Below are positions 9,005-18,057 of a DNA stretch of 35,951 bases, one piece after another. Numbering within the stretch: the stretch's first letter is position 1; every line of letters starts with the position of its first letter. The position numbers and the translations under genes were made by a program. Origin of the DNA: Anaerolineae bacterium (lineage in GTDB: Bacteria; Chloroflexota; Anaerolineae; SpSt-600); NCBI GenBank assembly GCA_034432815.1, contig DAOUBN010000053.1, positions 1 through 35,951 of the forward strand, given 5' to 3'. Below the pieces are notes generated by a model. The model saw nothing but the letters and a program-made list of their open reading frames with translations, did not search any database and was not told the DNA's origin.

Positions 9005-12000
9005 TTAGCGATTCATTTTACCAATTGCAGGCACTTCGGCGCTCTTTGGCTTTTTGCTTTCCAGGACTTTCTCTATTTCCGGGACGTTCTCTCCGAGGAG
9101 GCGGCGCAGTTCAAAGATTTCGTCGCGCAACATGGCCGCTTTTTCAAATTCCAGGTTCTTTGCGGCGATGTGCATCTGGTTCTCCAGTTCCTTTATCATG
9201 CGCCTGATTTCGTCCTTAGGGATTTCCTCACCCCGCACGATGTATTCGGCTTTGCGCTCCGCCACTTTCCGGACTCTGTCTGTGAGGTCGCGCACCTCTT
9301 TGACGATGCTGCGGGGCTCAATGCCGTGGCGCAGGTTGTATTCCATCTGGATGCGGCGGCGGCGCTCGGTCTCTTCTATGGCCCGGCGCATGGATTCGGT
9401 GATGGTGTCGGCATACATTATGGCGGTGCCTTCCACGTGCCTTGCCGCCCGCCCAATGGTCTGGATGAGGGCGGTCTCGGACCGCAGGAAGCCTTCTTTA
9501 TCGGCGTCCAGGATGGCCACCAGGGAGACTTCGGGCAGGTCCAGGCCCTCCCGCAGGAGGTTTATCCCCACCACCACGTCGTAGACGCCAAGGCGCAAGT
9601 TGCGCAGTATCTCCACCCGCTCAATGGTGTCAATTTCCGAGTGGAGGTAATGCACCTTGATGCCCATCTCGGCGAGATACTCGGCCAGGTCCTCGGCCAT
9701 CCTCTTGGTGAGGGTAGTGACCAGGGCCCGCTGCCCCTTTTCCACCCGCTTGCGGATTTCGGAGATGAGGTCATCAATCTGGCCCTTAGTGGGGCGCACC
9801 TCCACCTTCGGGTCCACGATTCCGGTGGGCCTTATAAGTTGCTCCACGACCTGTTCGCTCTTTTCCAGTTCGTAAGGGCCTGGGGTGGCGGAGGTGAAGA
9901 TGACCTGGCGCACCCGCTGCTCAAATTCCTCAAACTTGAGGGGCCTGTTGTCCAGGGCCGATGGCAGGCGGAAGCCGTAGTCCACCAGGGTTTTCTTGCG
10001 GGTGTAATCTCCGTGATACATCCCCCTGAGCTGGGGTATGGTCATGTGGGATTCGTCTATTATGACCAGGAAATCGTCGGGGAAGTAATCCAGGAGGGTC
10101 CAGGGGGGTTCTCCAGGCTTGCGGCGGGAGAGGTGGCGGGAGTAGTTTTCAATGCCGGGGCAGTAGCCTGTGGTCTTCAGGAGCTCCAGGTCGTAGCGGG
10201 TGCGCTGCTCAAGGCGCTGGGCCTCCAGGAGCTTCCCCTGAGCTCTGAGTTCCGCCAGCCTCTCCTCCAGTTCCTGCTCTATGTCCCTTATGGCCAGCTG
10301 GAGCTTTTCGTAAGGGGTGATGAAGTGCTTTGCCGGGTAAATGGCTACGGAGTCCAGCTCCCTGAGGATCTCGCCGGTGAGGGGGTCAAATTCGGTTATG
10401 CGCTCTATTTCATCGCCCCAGAATTCAATGCGGTAGGCAGTCTGGAGGTAGGCGGGCTGGACTTCCACGGTGTCTCCCCGGACCCGGAACCTCCCCCTTT
10501 CCAGGACGGTGTCGTTTCTCTCATACTGGATTTCCACCAGGTGGCGGAGGATTTTGTTGCGGCGGCGGACTTCGCCACGCCTGAGGGTTAGCACCACCTG
10601 GCCGTAGTCCTCGGGGCTTCCGAGGCCGTAGATGCAGGATACCGATGCCACGATGATGACGTCCCGGCGGGAGAAGAGGGCGGATGTAGCGGCCAGGCGC
10701 AGGCGGTCAATCTCCTCATTGATGTCGGCGTCCTTCTCTATGTAGAGGTCGTATTCGGGCAGGTAGGCTTCGGGCTGGTAGTAGTCGTAGTAGCTCACGA
10801 AGTATTCAACGGCATTGTGAGGGAAGAATTCCCGGAATTCGGCGTAGAGCTGAGCGGCCAGGGTCTTGTTGTGGGCGATGACGAGGGTTGGCTTCTGGAC
10901 CTGTTCAATGACTTTGGCCATGACGAAGGTGTTGTGCACAAAGAGCCCTCCCGCACCGGCTAAGAAGGTTTCATTCCCGGCCACGCTCAGGTCGTAAACG
11001 TAAGGCGAGGAAGCGCTTGCCGGCTCAACGCTGGCCACCGGCGACCAGCGGACCTTCAGGCGGCTCTGGAGTTTTCTCCAGCCTTCCCACCACTTTTCAT
11101 CTTCGTGATGCCTGGCCCCGGCTATTTCGCTTAAGGCTTCAAGAAGGCGCTGGAAGCTGGCGCGGGATGGGTTCCGGACCTGGCATTCAATCGCCGAGAC
11201 CAGCTTCTGGCTGACGCCTGCTGCTTGAGCCAGGAGTTTTTGGCTGACGCCCAGAGCCAGCCGCAGGTCCCGAAGGGAGCTCCCGACATCCGGGATTATG
11301 TCTACGCTGGAATTGGCCTTTCTGGCGATTTCCTGTTCCAGAGCCTCTGCTTTTCCGGCAAGGGAGAACCCGATGTGCTGATGGAAGGCGCGCAGGTTTT
11401 CCTGGCCAGATATGCTCACCTTCCAGTACCAGTCGCCCGGGTGATTGCCGTTGGTTGCCCGCTTGCGCACGCGCTGAATGCGAGCCCAGATGCCGAAGCG
11501 CAACAGCGCATAGGCCAGTTCGTAAGCCAGGCGCTGGCTGGCCGTGGTCACGGTCACGCATCCTTTATCACGCTCAACCGTCCCATCGCCATCAAAGTAG
11601 GCTTGCAGGAGTATGGCCAGCTGACGGTTGGACAGTTGAGGCCAGAAAGGAGGCAGGTGCTTCTCGCGAGCCACCCGGCCTGCCAGGCGGGCAAACAGCC
11701 GGGCAAGGGGAGCCGATGAGATCTGGAAATCGCTTGAGGGTCGGATTGTGAAGCGGAGCCCCAGTTCTGTCAGGCTTTCCGCGATGTGTTCCCTCAGTTG
11801 AGGGGAGCGGTTGGCCAGGATGAGGTGATTCCCTTTGGCCGTCGCCGTCCCTTCGGCCAGGTAACAGCCAAGCAGCCTCAGGAAAGCATCAGTAAGGCGC
11901 AATTCCAGGGGCAACCCTGAGCGCTCTAACCTGCCGGCCACATGAGCCTGCTCCGGGTGCCAGGTTCCCTGAAAGCTCTCCGTTGCCTCTGGACAGGAGT

Positions 12001-12670
12001 AATGAGGGGCGAGGAGGGCGGTGAATTCCTGCCCGCCCCTCGCCGCGATGTATTCGGCAATTTGTTGACGGGCTTGGATGAACAGGCCTGCGTCCTGCAG
12101 GTAATCCAGCAGGTTCAGGTCTGGAAGGTCCTGCGCAGGGGCAGGAATGCTGAGGGGGATGGGTATGTAATCCCCGGGGCGAATTTCGGTGGTAGGAAGC
12201 AAGTGCATCTGTCCGTCCCGGAGCACCCAGAGGTTGTGGTCTCCGGTGATGACCGCGCTTCTGCCGCATTTCAGGGTCACCCGGAACATCCGCTCGGGGG
12301 CGCGATGCCGGATGAAAGCCATAATGGGTTTCGGTTCCACCTCGCCTGTGCGGGCGTTGAAGCTCAAAGTCCAGTATGAGCCGGGTTCAGGGCGCGCCAC
12401 CACCGTGTCGCCGTAGTGTTCCACTCTGGAGGCTCTTTTTATCGCAGCTTCAATAAGTTCCCCGATAGGGACAAGCTCAAAGCGGAAGCCATCGCTCTCC
12501 TTCCGGGCGATGAAGACGGGCTCGGCGCCGTCCAGGCTCTTGCCGGTGCCCGTGGCTCCCAGCAGGGTCTGGTAGCGGTATCCTTTGCGGATACCTTCTA
12601 CCAGTTTTTCTATGGCCTGGGGCTGGTCGCCTGTGGGTTTGAAGGGGGAGACGAGTTTAAACCTTTCCAT
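9005..12670 (-). CDS. uvrB: Excinuclease ABC subunit B (UvrB), interrupted by an intein
   Basis: [38 protein letters not shown]|...|[25 protein letters not shown], helicase motifs and a C-terminal UVR motif ([17 protein letters not shown]). Start set at ATG 12670. The track's 56-codon extension to 12838 is translated repeat DNA. Confidence 0.9.
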   Translation of the reverse strand: MERFKLVSPFKPTGDQPQAIEKLVEGIRKGYRYQTLLGATGTGKSLDGAEPVFIARKESDGFRFELVPIGELIEAAIKRASRVEHYGDTVVARPEPGSYWTLSFNARTGEVEPKPIMAFIRHRAPERMFRVTLKCGRSAVITGDHNLWVLRDGQMHLLPTTEIRPGDYIPIPLSIPAPAQDLPDLNLLDYLQDAGLFIQARQQIAEYIAARGGQEFTALLAPHYSCPEATESFQGTWHPEQAHVAGRLERSGLPLELRLTDAFLRLLGCYLAEGTATAKGNHLILANRSPQLREHIAESLTELGLRFTIRPSSDFQISSAPLARLFARLAGRVAREKHLPPFWPQLSNRQLAILLQAYFDGDGTVERDKGCVTVTTASQRLAYELAYALLRFGIWARIQRVRKRATNGNHPGDWYWKVSISGQENLRAFHQHIGFSLAGKAEALEQEIARKANSSVDIIPDVGSSLRDLRLALGVSQKLLAQAAGVSQKLVSAIECQVRNPSRASFQRLLEALSEIAGARHHEDEKWWEGWRKLQSRLKVRWSPVASVEPASASSPYVYDLSVAGNETFLAGAGGLFVHNTFVMAKVIEQVQKPTLVIAHNKTLAAQLYAEFREFFPHNAVEYFVSYYDYYQPEAYLPEYDLYIEKDADINEEIDRLRLAATSALFSRRDVIIVASVSCIYGLGSPEDYGQVVLTLRRGEVRRRNKILRHLVEIQYERNDTVLERGRFRVRGDTVEVQPAYLQTAYRIEFWGDEIERITEFDPLTGEILRELDSVAIYPAKHFITPYEKLQLAIRDIEQELEERLAELRAQGKLLEAQRLEQRTRYDLELLKTTGYCPGIENYSRHLSRRKPGEPPWTLLDYFPDDFLVIIDESHMTIPQLRGMYHGDYTRKKTLVDYGFRLPSALDNRPLKFEEFEQRVRQVIFTSATPGPYELEKSEQVVEQLIRPTGIVDPKVEVRPTKGQIDDLISEIRKRVEKGQRALVTTLTKRMAEDLAEYLAEMGIKVHYLHSEIDTIERVEILRNLRLGVYDVVVGINLLREGLDLPEVSLVAILDADKEGFLRSETALIQTIGRAARHVEGTAIMYADTITESMRRAIEETERRRRIQMEYNLRHGIEPRSIVKEVRDLTDRVRKVAERKAEYIVRGEEIPKDEIRRMIKELENQMHIAAKNLEFEKAAMLRDEIFELRRLLGENVPEIEKVLESKKPKSAEVPAIGKMNR
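10931..12538 (-). mobile_element. Intein (536 aa, Ser1...His-Asn / Thr+1) with LAGLIDADG homing-endonuclease and HTH regions, inserted in the UvrB Walker A motif
   Basis: It begins SLDGAEPVF directly after GATGTGK and ends GGLFVHN directly before TFVMAKV. Block B is [18 protein letters not shown] motifs are [11 protein letters not shown] and [15 protein letters not shown]-like HTH is [25 protein letters not shown]. Block F is [12 protein letters not shown]. Length is 1608 nt, in frame. Confidence 0.85.
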
Positions 12671-13235
12671 TTTTGTTTCCCCACCCTCGTGGGCTCGGGG
12701 TTCGCCATGGTTCAGGATCCCACTCGTGGGCAAGTTGCGGGAGTTGCCTTCTCGCTCCTTTGATTGGTTTTTCTGGGGGCACATCCCCCATACCCCCTGG
12801 CATGGGGCTTTGCACCCTGCACCCCCGATTTTCCCCACCCTCGTTTGCTCTGGGTTTGCCCACGTTCAGAGTCCCACTCGTGGGCGGGTTGCGGGAGTTG
12901 CCCCCTCGCCCCTTGATTTGTTTTCCTGGGGGGACACCCCCCAGACCCCCCGGGAGGGGGCTCGCCCCCTCCAACCCCTTGAGGTTGTTTTCCCGGGGGC
13001 ACATCCCCCATACCCCCAGCATGGGGGCTTCGCCCCCCCTGCACCCCTCTTTCCCCACCCTCGTTTGCTCAGGGTTCGCTGGGCTTCAGGGGCCCCCTCG
13101 TAGCCAGGTTGCAGGAGTTTCCCGCTCGCCCCTTGATTTGTTTTCCTGGGAGGACACCCCCCAGACCCCCGGGAGGGGGCTCGCCCCCTCCACCCCCATT
13201 TTGGGGACACCCCCCAGGCCCCCCGCCAGGGGGTT
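12671..13235. repeat. Mosaic A/B interspersed-repeat cluster 2 (three same-orientation A1+B units)
   Basis: A1 copies at 12679-12758, 12833-12912 and 13053-13132, each followed by 1-2 B modules (e.g. 12928-12978). Confidence 0.85.
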
Positions 13236-13256
13236 CTATGTTTCCTCCTCGTTTAA

Positions 13257-16253
13257 TTATACCTCCACGCGGGAGAGGTCAGCAATGCCTCTGGGGAGGA
13301 GGGCTATGCGCTGGAGGAGGGCGAGTCTGTTCTCCCTTATCTCCCTGTCCTCCACCATGACAAAGACTTCGTAAAAGAACCTGTCTATCGGCTCTACAAG
13401 GGGCATGAGCAGGGCGAAGAGGCCGTCAATGTCGTTGACCTTTCGCCTCTTCTCCTCCGCCTCCAGATATGCCCTGTAGAGGTCGTGTTCGGCGGGTTCG
13501 GTGAAGAGTTCCGGGCGGAGGGGCAGGAGCTCAGGCACATCTTTCACTATCCTGGCCGGCCGGATGAAGGCAGTCATGACGGCGGGGAACTCGGGTTTCT
13601 GCGCCCAGCGGGCCAGGTCCTGCAGGGTGACCCAGGCTAAATAAGGGTTATCGGCCCGCTCGGCCAGGACGGCTTCTATGAGGTCGGGCCGGTAGCCTCT
13701 CTCCTGGAAGAGGCCCCGCATCCTCGCCACGATGAATTCCAGGGCCTCCTGCAGGATTTCCCCGGTGATGGCCAGCGGGAGAAGGCGAGCCGCTTCGGCC
13801 AGGGCCTCCCGGAGGGACAGGCTTATGCCTTTGTCCACCAGGATCTGGACAAGGCCCAGGGCCGTCCGGCGGAGCCCGTAAGGGTCGGCTGAGCCGGTGG
13901 GAGCAAGCCCCGCTCCGAGAAGACCCACCAGGCTGTCCAGTCTGTCGGCAATCCCCACCACTGTGCCGGGGATGGTGCGGGGAAGGGAATCGCCGGCGAA
14001 GCGAGGCAGGTAGTGCTCAAAGATGGCTTCGGCCACCTCGGGATCTTCCCCCCAGTGGAGGGCGTAGTGGCGGCCCATGGTCCCCTGCAGGCTCGTTAGT
14101 TCTACAACCATCTGGGTGGCAAGGTCGGCCTTGCACAGGCGGGCGACTCTGGAGGCCTTTTGGCTTTCCTCTTCGGAGAGGCCAAGGCGCCGGCAGAGCC
14201 ACGGCACGAGTCTTTCCAGCCTGCTCACTTTGTCCAGCATTGACCCGAGCCTTTCCTGGAAGGTGAGCCCCCCGAGCTTCGGCAGGTATTCCTCAAGGGG
14301 CTTTTTGAGGTCTGTTGCGATGAAGTAATCGGCATCGGAGAAGCGGGCCCGCAGGACTTCTTCGTTCCCCCTGCGGACTATGTCCAGGTGGCGGGTGTCC
14401 CCGTTGCGGACGGCGATGAAGTAGGGGAGGAGTTTGCCTTCCTGGGAGAGGACAGGGAAGTAGCGCTGGTGTTTCTTCATCACGGTTATCAGGACTTCCT
14501 GGGGGAGGCGGAGGAAGGCGGGGTCAAAGGACCCCCGGAGGGCCGTCGGCTTTTCCACGAGATTGGTTACCTCTTCCAGCAGAGCCGGGTCATCCGGGAT
14601 CAGACCTCCCACTTCCGAGGCCAGTTCGGCTGCCTGCCTCCTTATTTCCTCCCGGCGTTTCTCCAGGTCCACCACGATCCCGGCCTCTTCCATGGCTCTG
14701 AAGTAGTCTTCAGCCCTGGGGATTTCAATGGCAGGGGAGCCTTCGGGCCTGAGGCCCCTGGTGGTGCGGCCGGAACGGACCCCGGCGTATTCAAAGCTCA
14801 CCACTCTGGCCCCGAAGAGGGCCACGATCCAGCGGATCGGCCTTGAGAACCTCACGCCGCTTTCGTTCCAGCGCATTGTGAGGGGGAAGCGCAAGGATGA
14901 GATGAGCCTGGGGAAGAGTTCGGCCAGGACGGAGGGGGTTGCTTCCCCTTTTTTCCGGACCACGGCCACCACATAGCGCTTGTCCTCGTATTCCCTTATC
15001 TGGAGATCTTCCACTCTCACGCCCTGCTTTTCGGCGAAGGCAATGGCGGCTCTGGTGGGTTTTCCCTCCGGGTCAAAGGCTGCCGAAGCCGGAGGCCCTT
15101 TGACCACCATTTCCTCTTCTTCCTGGCAGGAAGCGAGGTTTCTGATGTAGAGGACAAGGCGGCGGGGGGTTCCGGCCACGTAGAGGCTTTCGTAGCGGAG
15201 GCGAGCCTGGGCGAGGAGATCCGGGGCAAGTTCCCGGATCTGCTCCACTGCCAAGCTCAGGTCGCGGGCTGGCAGCTCTTCGGTGCCGATTTCCAGGAGG
15301 GCATCGGCGTAGGGGGGCAGGTCTTCTGTTCCCTCCGGCTCAGGGATCGCTTCTGCCTTCTGCCGGGTTGGGGCTCCTTTCAGCCAGGGGAAGCCCGCTT
15401 CCTGGCGCTGGTTCAGGTAGAGCTGGGCGGCCTGGCGGGCCAGATCCCGCATCCGGGCGAAGTAGGAGGCCCTCTCAGCCACCCCTATCGTCCCCCGGGA
15501 GTCCAGGAGGTTGAAGGTATGGGAGCAGCGTAGGATGTAATCGTGGGCCGGGACTACCAGGCCCCTTTCCAGGCAGCGTTTAGCTTCGGCCTCGTATTCG
15601 TTGTAGAGGCGCCGGAGCCTTTCCACATCCGCTTCTTCAAAGTTGTAGATGCAGTGCTCCACTTCCGAGCGGAGGAGGATATCGCCGTAGGAGTGGATCC
15701 CGTCCCAGTCAATTTCCCATACGCTCCTGACTTGCTGGAGGAACATGACAATGCGTTCAAGGCCGTAGGTTATCTCCACGGCCACGGGGTTCAGGTCAAT
15801 TCCTCCCGCCTGCTGGAAGTAGGTGAACTGGGTTATTTCCAGGCCGTCAAGCCAGACTTCCCACCCGAGTCCCCAGGCTCCGAGGGCCGGGGATTCCCAG
15901 TTGTCCTCCACGAAGCGGATATCGTGCTGGCGGGGGTCTATGCCCAGAACCTGAAGGCTCTCCAGGTAAATTTCCTGAGGGTTGCCGGGGTCGGGCTTGA
16001 GGATGACCTGGAACTGGAAGTGGAGTTGCATCCGGTTGGGGTTCTCCCCGTAGCGTCCATCGTCGGGGCGGTAGGATGGCTCCACGTAGGCCACGTTCCA
16101 GGGTTCGGGCCCGAGGACCCGCAGGAAAGTAGCCGGGTTCATGGTCCCGGCCCCAACTTTTTCGCTGTAAGGCTGCCATATCAGGCATCCCCTGTCGGCC
16201 CAGAACCTCTGCAGGCGGAGGATAACTTCCTGAAATGAAAGCGCTTTGCCCAT
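13257..16253 (-). CDS. glyQS: Glycine--tRNA ligase, fused alpha (GlyQ) and beta (GlyS) chains
   Basis: The N-terminus ([78 protein letters not shown]) closely matches GlyQ. The remaining ~700 aa are GlyS-like. Single 998-aa ORF. Confidence 0.9.
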   Translation of the reverse strand: MGKALSFQEVILRLQRFWADRGCLIWQPYSEKVGAGTMNPATFLRVLGPEPWNVAYVEPSYRPDDGRYGENPNRMQLHFQFQVILKPDPGNPQEIYLESLQVLGIDPRQHDIRFVEDNWESPALGAWGLGWEVWLDGLEITQFTYFQQAGGIDLNPVAVEITYGLERIVMFLQQVRSVWEIDWDGIHSYGDILLRSEVEHCIYNFEEADVERLRRLYNEYEAEAKRCLERGLVVPAHDYILRCSHTFNLLDSRGTIGVAERASYFARMRDLARQAAQLYLNQRQEAGFPWLKGAPTRQKAEAIPEPEGTEDLPPYADALLEIGTEELPARDLSLAVEQIRELAPDLLAQARLRYESLYVAGTPRRLVLYIRNLASCQEEEEMVVKGPPASAAFDPEGKPTRAAIAFAEKQGVRVEDLQIREYEDKRYVVAVVRKKGEATPSVLAELFPRLISSLRFPLTMRWNESGVRFSRPIRWIVALFGARVVSFEYAGVRSGRTTRGLRPEGSPAIEIPRAEDYFRAMEEAGIVVDLEKRREEIRRQAAELASEVGGLIPDDPALLEEVTNLVEKPTALRGSFDPAFLRLPQEVLITVMKKHQRYFPVLSQEGKLLPYFIAVRNGDTRHLDIVRRGNEEVLRARFSDADYFIATDLKKPLEEYLPKLGGLTFQERLGSMLDKVSRLERLVPWLCRRLGLSEEESQKASRVARLCKADLATQMVVELTSLQGTMGRHYALHWGEDPEVAEAIFEHYLPRFAGDSLPRTIPGTVVGIADRLDSLVGLLGAGLAPTGSADPYGLRRTALGLVQILVDKGISLSLREALAEAARLLPLAITGEILQEALEFIVARMRGLFQERGYRPDLIEAVLAERADNPYLAWVTLQDLARWAQKPEFPAVMTAFIRPARIVKDVPELLPLRPELFTEPAEHDLYRAYLEAEEKRRKVNDIDGLFALLMPLVEPIDRFFYEVFVMVEDREIRENRLALLQRIALLPRGIADLSRVEV

Positions 16254-16262
16254 AAATGCCTC

Positions 16263-17030
16263 CTACAGGAAATTTTCCACCTCAAGTTTTTCAAGGAATC
16301 TGGCGGATTTCAGGGGCCTTTCCATGTGGTAAACGATGTAGCGCCTGATGAGGGCTTCAACTTCCACGCTGAGGTTCCGGGGGACACGCAGGAGCTGGCA
16401 GAGTTCGTATTCCCGGGTGAGGAAGAAGCGCATGACCCTGAGGGCGCTGGCAGAAAAGGGGGTAGCGCCATCCTTCCCCTCGCCACAGCGGGGGCAGAGG
16501 GCACCACCATCGGCTGGGGAAAAGTAATTGACGTCAGCTTTGAGGGGCTCCCGGCACTTCACGCAGACGAAAAGTTCCGGCCTGTATCCGGCCAGGGAAA
16601 GGAGGCGAAGCTCAAAGAAGCGCAGGGCCGGCCATATTCCCTGTCCCCCTTCCAAGCGGTGGAAAGTGTCCAGAAGGAGGTGGAAGACCGCAGGGTTCCT
16701 GTCCTGCTCAGCCATGAAGCCATCGGTTAGTTCGGCTATGTAATGGGCGTAGCCGGTGCGGATCAGGTCTTCCTTCAGGGCCTGGAAGTATTCCAGGGCC
16801 TCGGCCTGGGTTATCAGGTCAATCTCTTTCCCTTTAGCCACCAGGAGCTTGACGTGGGTGAAGAGCTCCAGGTGGCCGGCCTTGCGGCTCGTGGGCTTCC
16901 GGACGCCCTTAGCCAGCAGGCGGAGCTTGCCCTCCTCAAGGGAATACACTGTTAAGAGCCTGTCGGCCTCCCCAAAGTCCGTCCGCTTGAGGACTATAGC
17001 GGTGATCTTGTAAAGCCTTTCCCTGTTCAC
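16263..17030 (-). CDS. recO: DNA repair protein RecO
   Basis: The size, the N-terminal OB region (AIVLKRTDFGEADRLLTVYS...GKLRLLAKGVRK) and the zinc motif (CVKC...CPRCG) fit RecO. The GTG start overlaps the upstream stop (GTGA). Confidence 0.8.
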   Translation of the reverse strand: MNRERLYKITAIVLKRTDFGEADRLLTVYSLEEGKLRLLAKGVRKPTSRKAGHLELFTHVKLLVAKGKEIDLITQAEALEYFQALKEDLIRTGYAHYIAELTDGFMAEQDRNPAVFHLLLDTFHRLEGGQGIWPALRFFELRLLSLAGYRPELFVCVKCREPLKADVNYFSPADGGALCPRCGEGKDGATPFSASALRVMRFFLTREYELCQLLRVPRNLSVEVEALIRRYIVYHMERPLKSARFLEKLEVENFL

Positions 17031-17395
17031 CCTCCCCTCACCGTTCCGTATCTGAAAGGCCTCTTCCAGTTTTCAGCCATTTTCTTCTGGTAGAGTTCTT
17101 CGGCGTCCAGGCCCAGCGCTGAGAGGAGGTGGAGGATCCGGATTATGGCGTCAATCAGTTCTTCCCCCACCTTCTCCAGGGGCTCGCCTTTTTTGTAAGC
17201 GTCGGTGGCTTCGGAGATTTCGGAATGGATGAGGGCGAGCATTTCCCAGATGCGGCTCTGGTCGCTGCTGAAGCCCTTAGCGTCCACCAGAGCCCTGACT
17301 TCCGCCATTTTCTCGTTGAGGCATCCTTCCCGCACAGCTCCTCCTTCTGGATTTTGGATTATATCACTTTCACCGGAGAGGGACAATTTCACCAT
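17027..17395 (-). CDS. Small MazG-like nucleoside-triphosphate pyrophosphohydrolase
   Basis: EISEATDAYKKGE...VGEELIDAIIRILHLLSALGLD is a MazG-type EExxE/D helix pair. The start is uncertain; ATG 17308 is an alternative. Confidence 0.65.
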   Translation of the reverse strand: MVKLSLSGESDIIQNPEGGAVREGCLNEKMAEVRALVDAKGFSSDQSRIWEMLALIHSEISEATDAYKKGEPLEKVGEELIDAIIRILHLLSALGLDAEELYQKKMAENWKRPFRYGTVRGG

Positions 17396-17454
17396 CTGGC
17401 AGTGGCGATTCAGAGGCAGATTTCATGGGAGCGCAAAGGGGCTATGCCCTCCTT

Positions 17455-17830
17455 CCAAGGAACCCGGAAGAGATGGCCCGCGAAACCGGCGCCCTCCAGC
17501 TGGTTAGGCCGCCTCATCGGGGCTCTCCTTGAAAGAGAAGGGGCTTCCTTTGAGCCTCATCGCCCAGACCTTGCCTGCCCAGAAGGCTGAGACCGCTCGC
17601 CGCCGGGTTCGCCAGGCCAGCCAGAATAAAGGGCACACACCCGGCGGGCTATCTCCTTCTGCTGACCAATTTACCTGCTGGCGTGTGGGGAGCAGAGGCG
17701 ATTTTGGGCCTCTACCGACTGCGCTGGCAGGTGGAGTTGCTTTTTTCTCCGGTTGAAAGACCCCGTTCTGGCCCAGGTCTGTTTGCTGGGCAAGGTGCTG
17801 GCTCTGCTCCTTATGGAGGGGGTTGCCGGG
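17455..17830 (+). pseudogene. Decayed IS4-family-like DDE transposase remnant (internally deleted, frameshifted)
   Basis: One frame reads ..GFARPARIKGTHPAGYLLLLTNLPAGVWGAEAILGLYRLRWQVELLF, which includes the Y-x2-R-x3-E part of the YREK signature. After a frameshift near 17745-17755 it continues as LKDPVLAQVCLLGKVLALLLMEG. An upstream fragment reads EEMARETGALQLV. No intact ORF. Confidence 0.5.
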
Positions 17831-18042
17831 GTAGCGGGGGGACGGAGTCCCCCTGACGGGGGGAAGTGGGGGGTGTCCCCCTACAAAAACAAAATTGGGG
17901 GCGAGTTGGCAACCCCTGAAACCCGCCCACGAGTGGGACCCTTAAGCCAGGCTCAGCCGCAGCAAACGGGGGTGGGAAAAATGAAAAAAGGCGGGGGGGA
18001 CATCCCCCGCATCCCCCCGGGAGGGGACAAAGCCCCCTCCGC
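17830..18042. repeat. Mosaic A/B interspersed-repeat cluster 3
   Basis: A reverse B (~17836-17885), then A2 at 17897-17976, then one more B. It directly abuts the transposase remnant. Confidence 0.8.
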
Positions 18043-18057
18043 TTTGGAGAAAGGAGT

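Noticed and set aside
7919-10591. 890-aa plus-strand ORF spanning the SHMT-fusion/uvrB junction
   Set aside because: It is antisense to two strongly supported genes, its composition is Gly/Val/Ala/Asp-rich and low in complexity, and it has no recognisable motifs. This is a typical shadow ORF in high-G+C DNA. The same applies to 5387..5884, 6755..7405, 14388..14846, 15543..16238, 20105..20857, 28987..29712 and 30389..31429.
12690-12735. tRNA T-arm-like strings inside A1 modules (e.g. GGTTCAGGATCCCA, GGGTTCATGGTCCCA) suggesting tRNA genes or a tRNA-derived SINE
   Set aside because: I could not fold any copy into a cloverleaf. There is no D-arm or anticodon arm, the T-stem pairing is poor, and the motif varies between copies. 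At most it is a faint resemblance.
12671-12838. 56-codon N-terminal extension of uvrB given by the ORF track
   Set aside because: The extension is translated A1/B repeat sequence. The canonical UvrB N-terminus ([17 protein letters not shown]) starts at ATG 12670.
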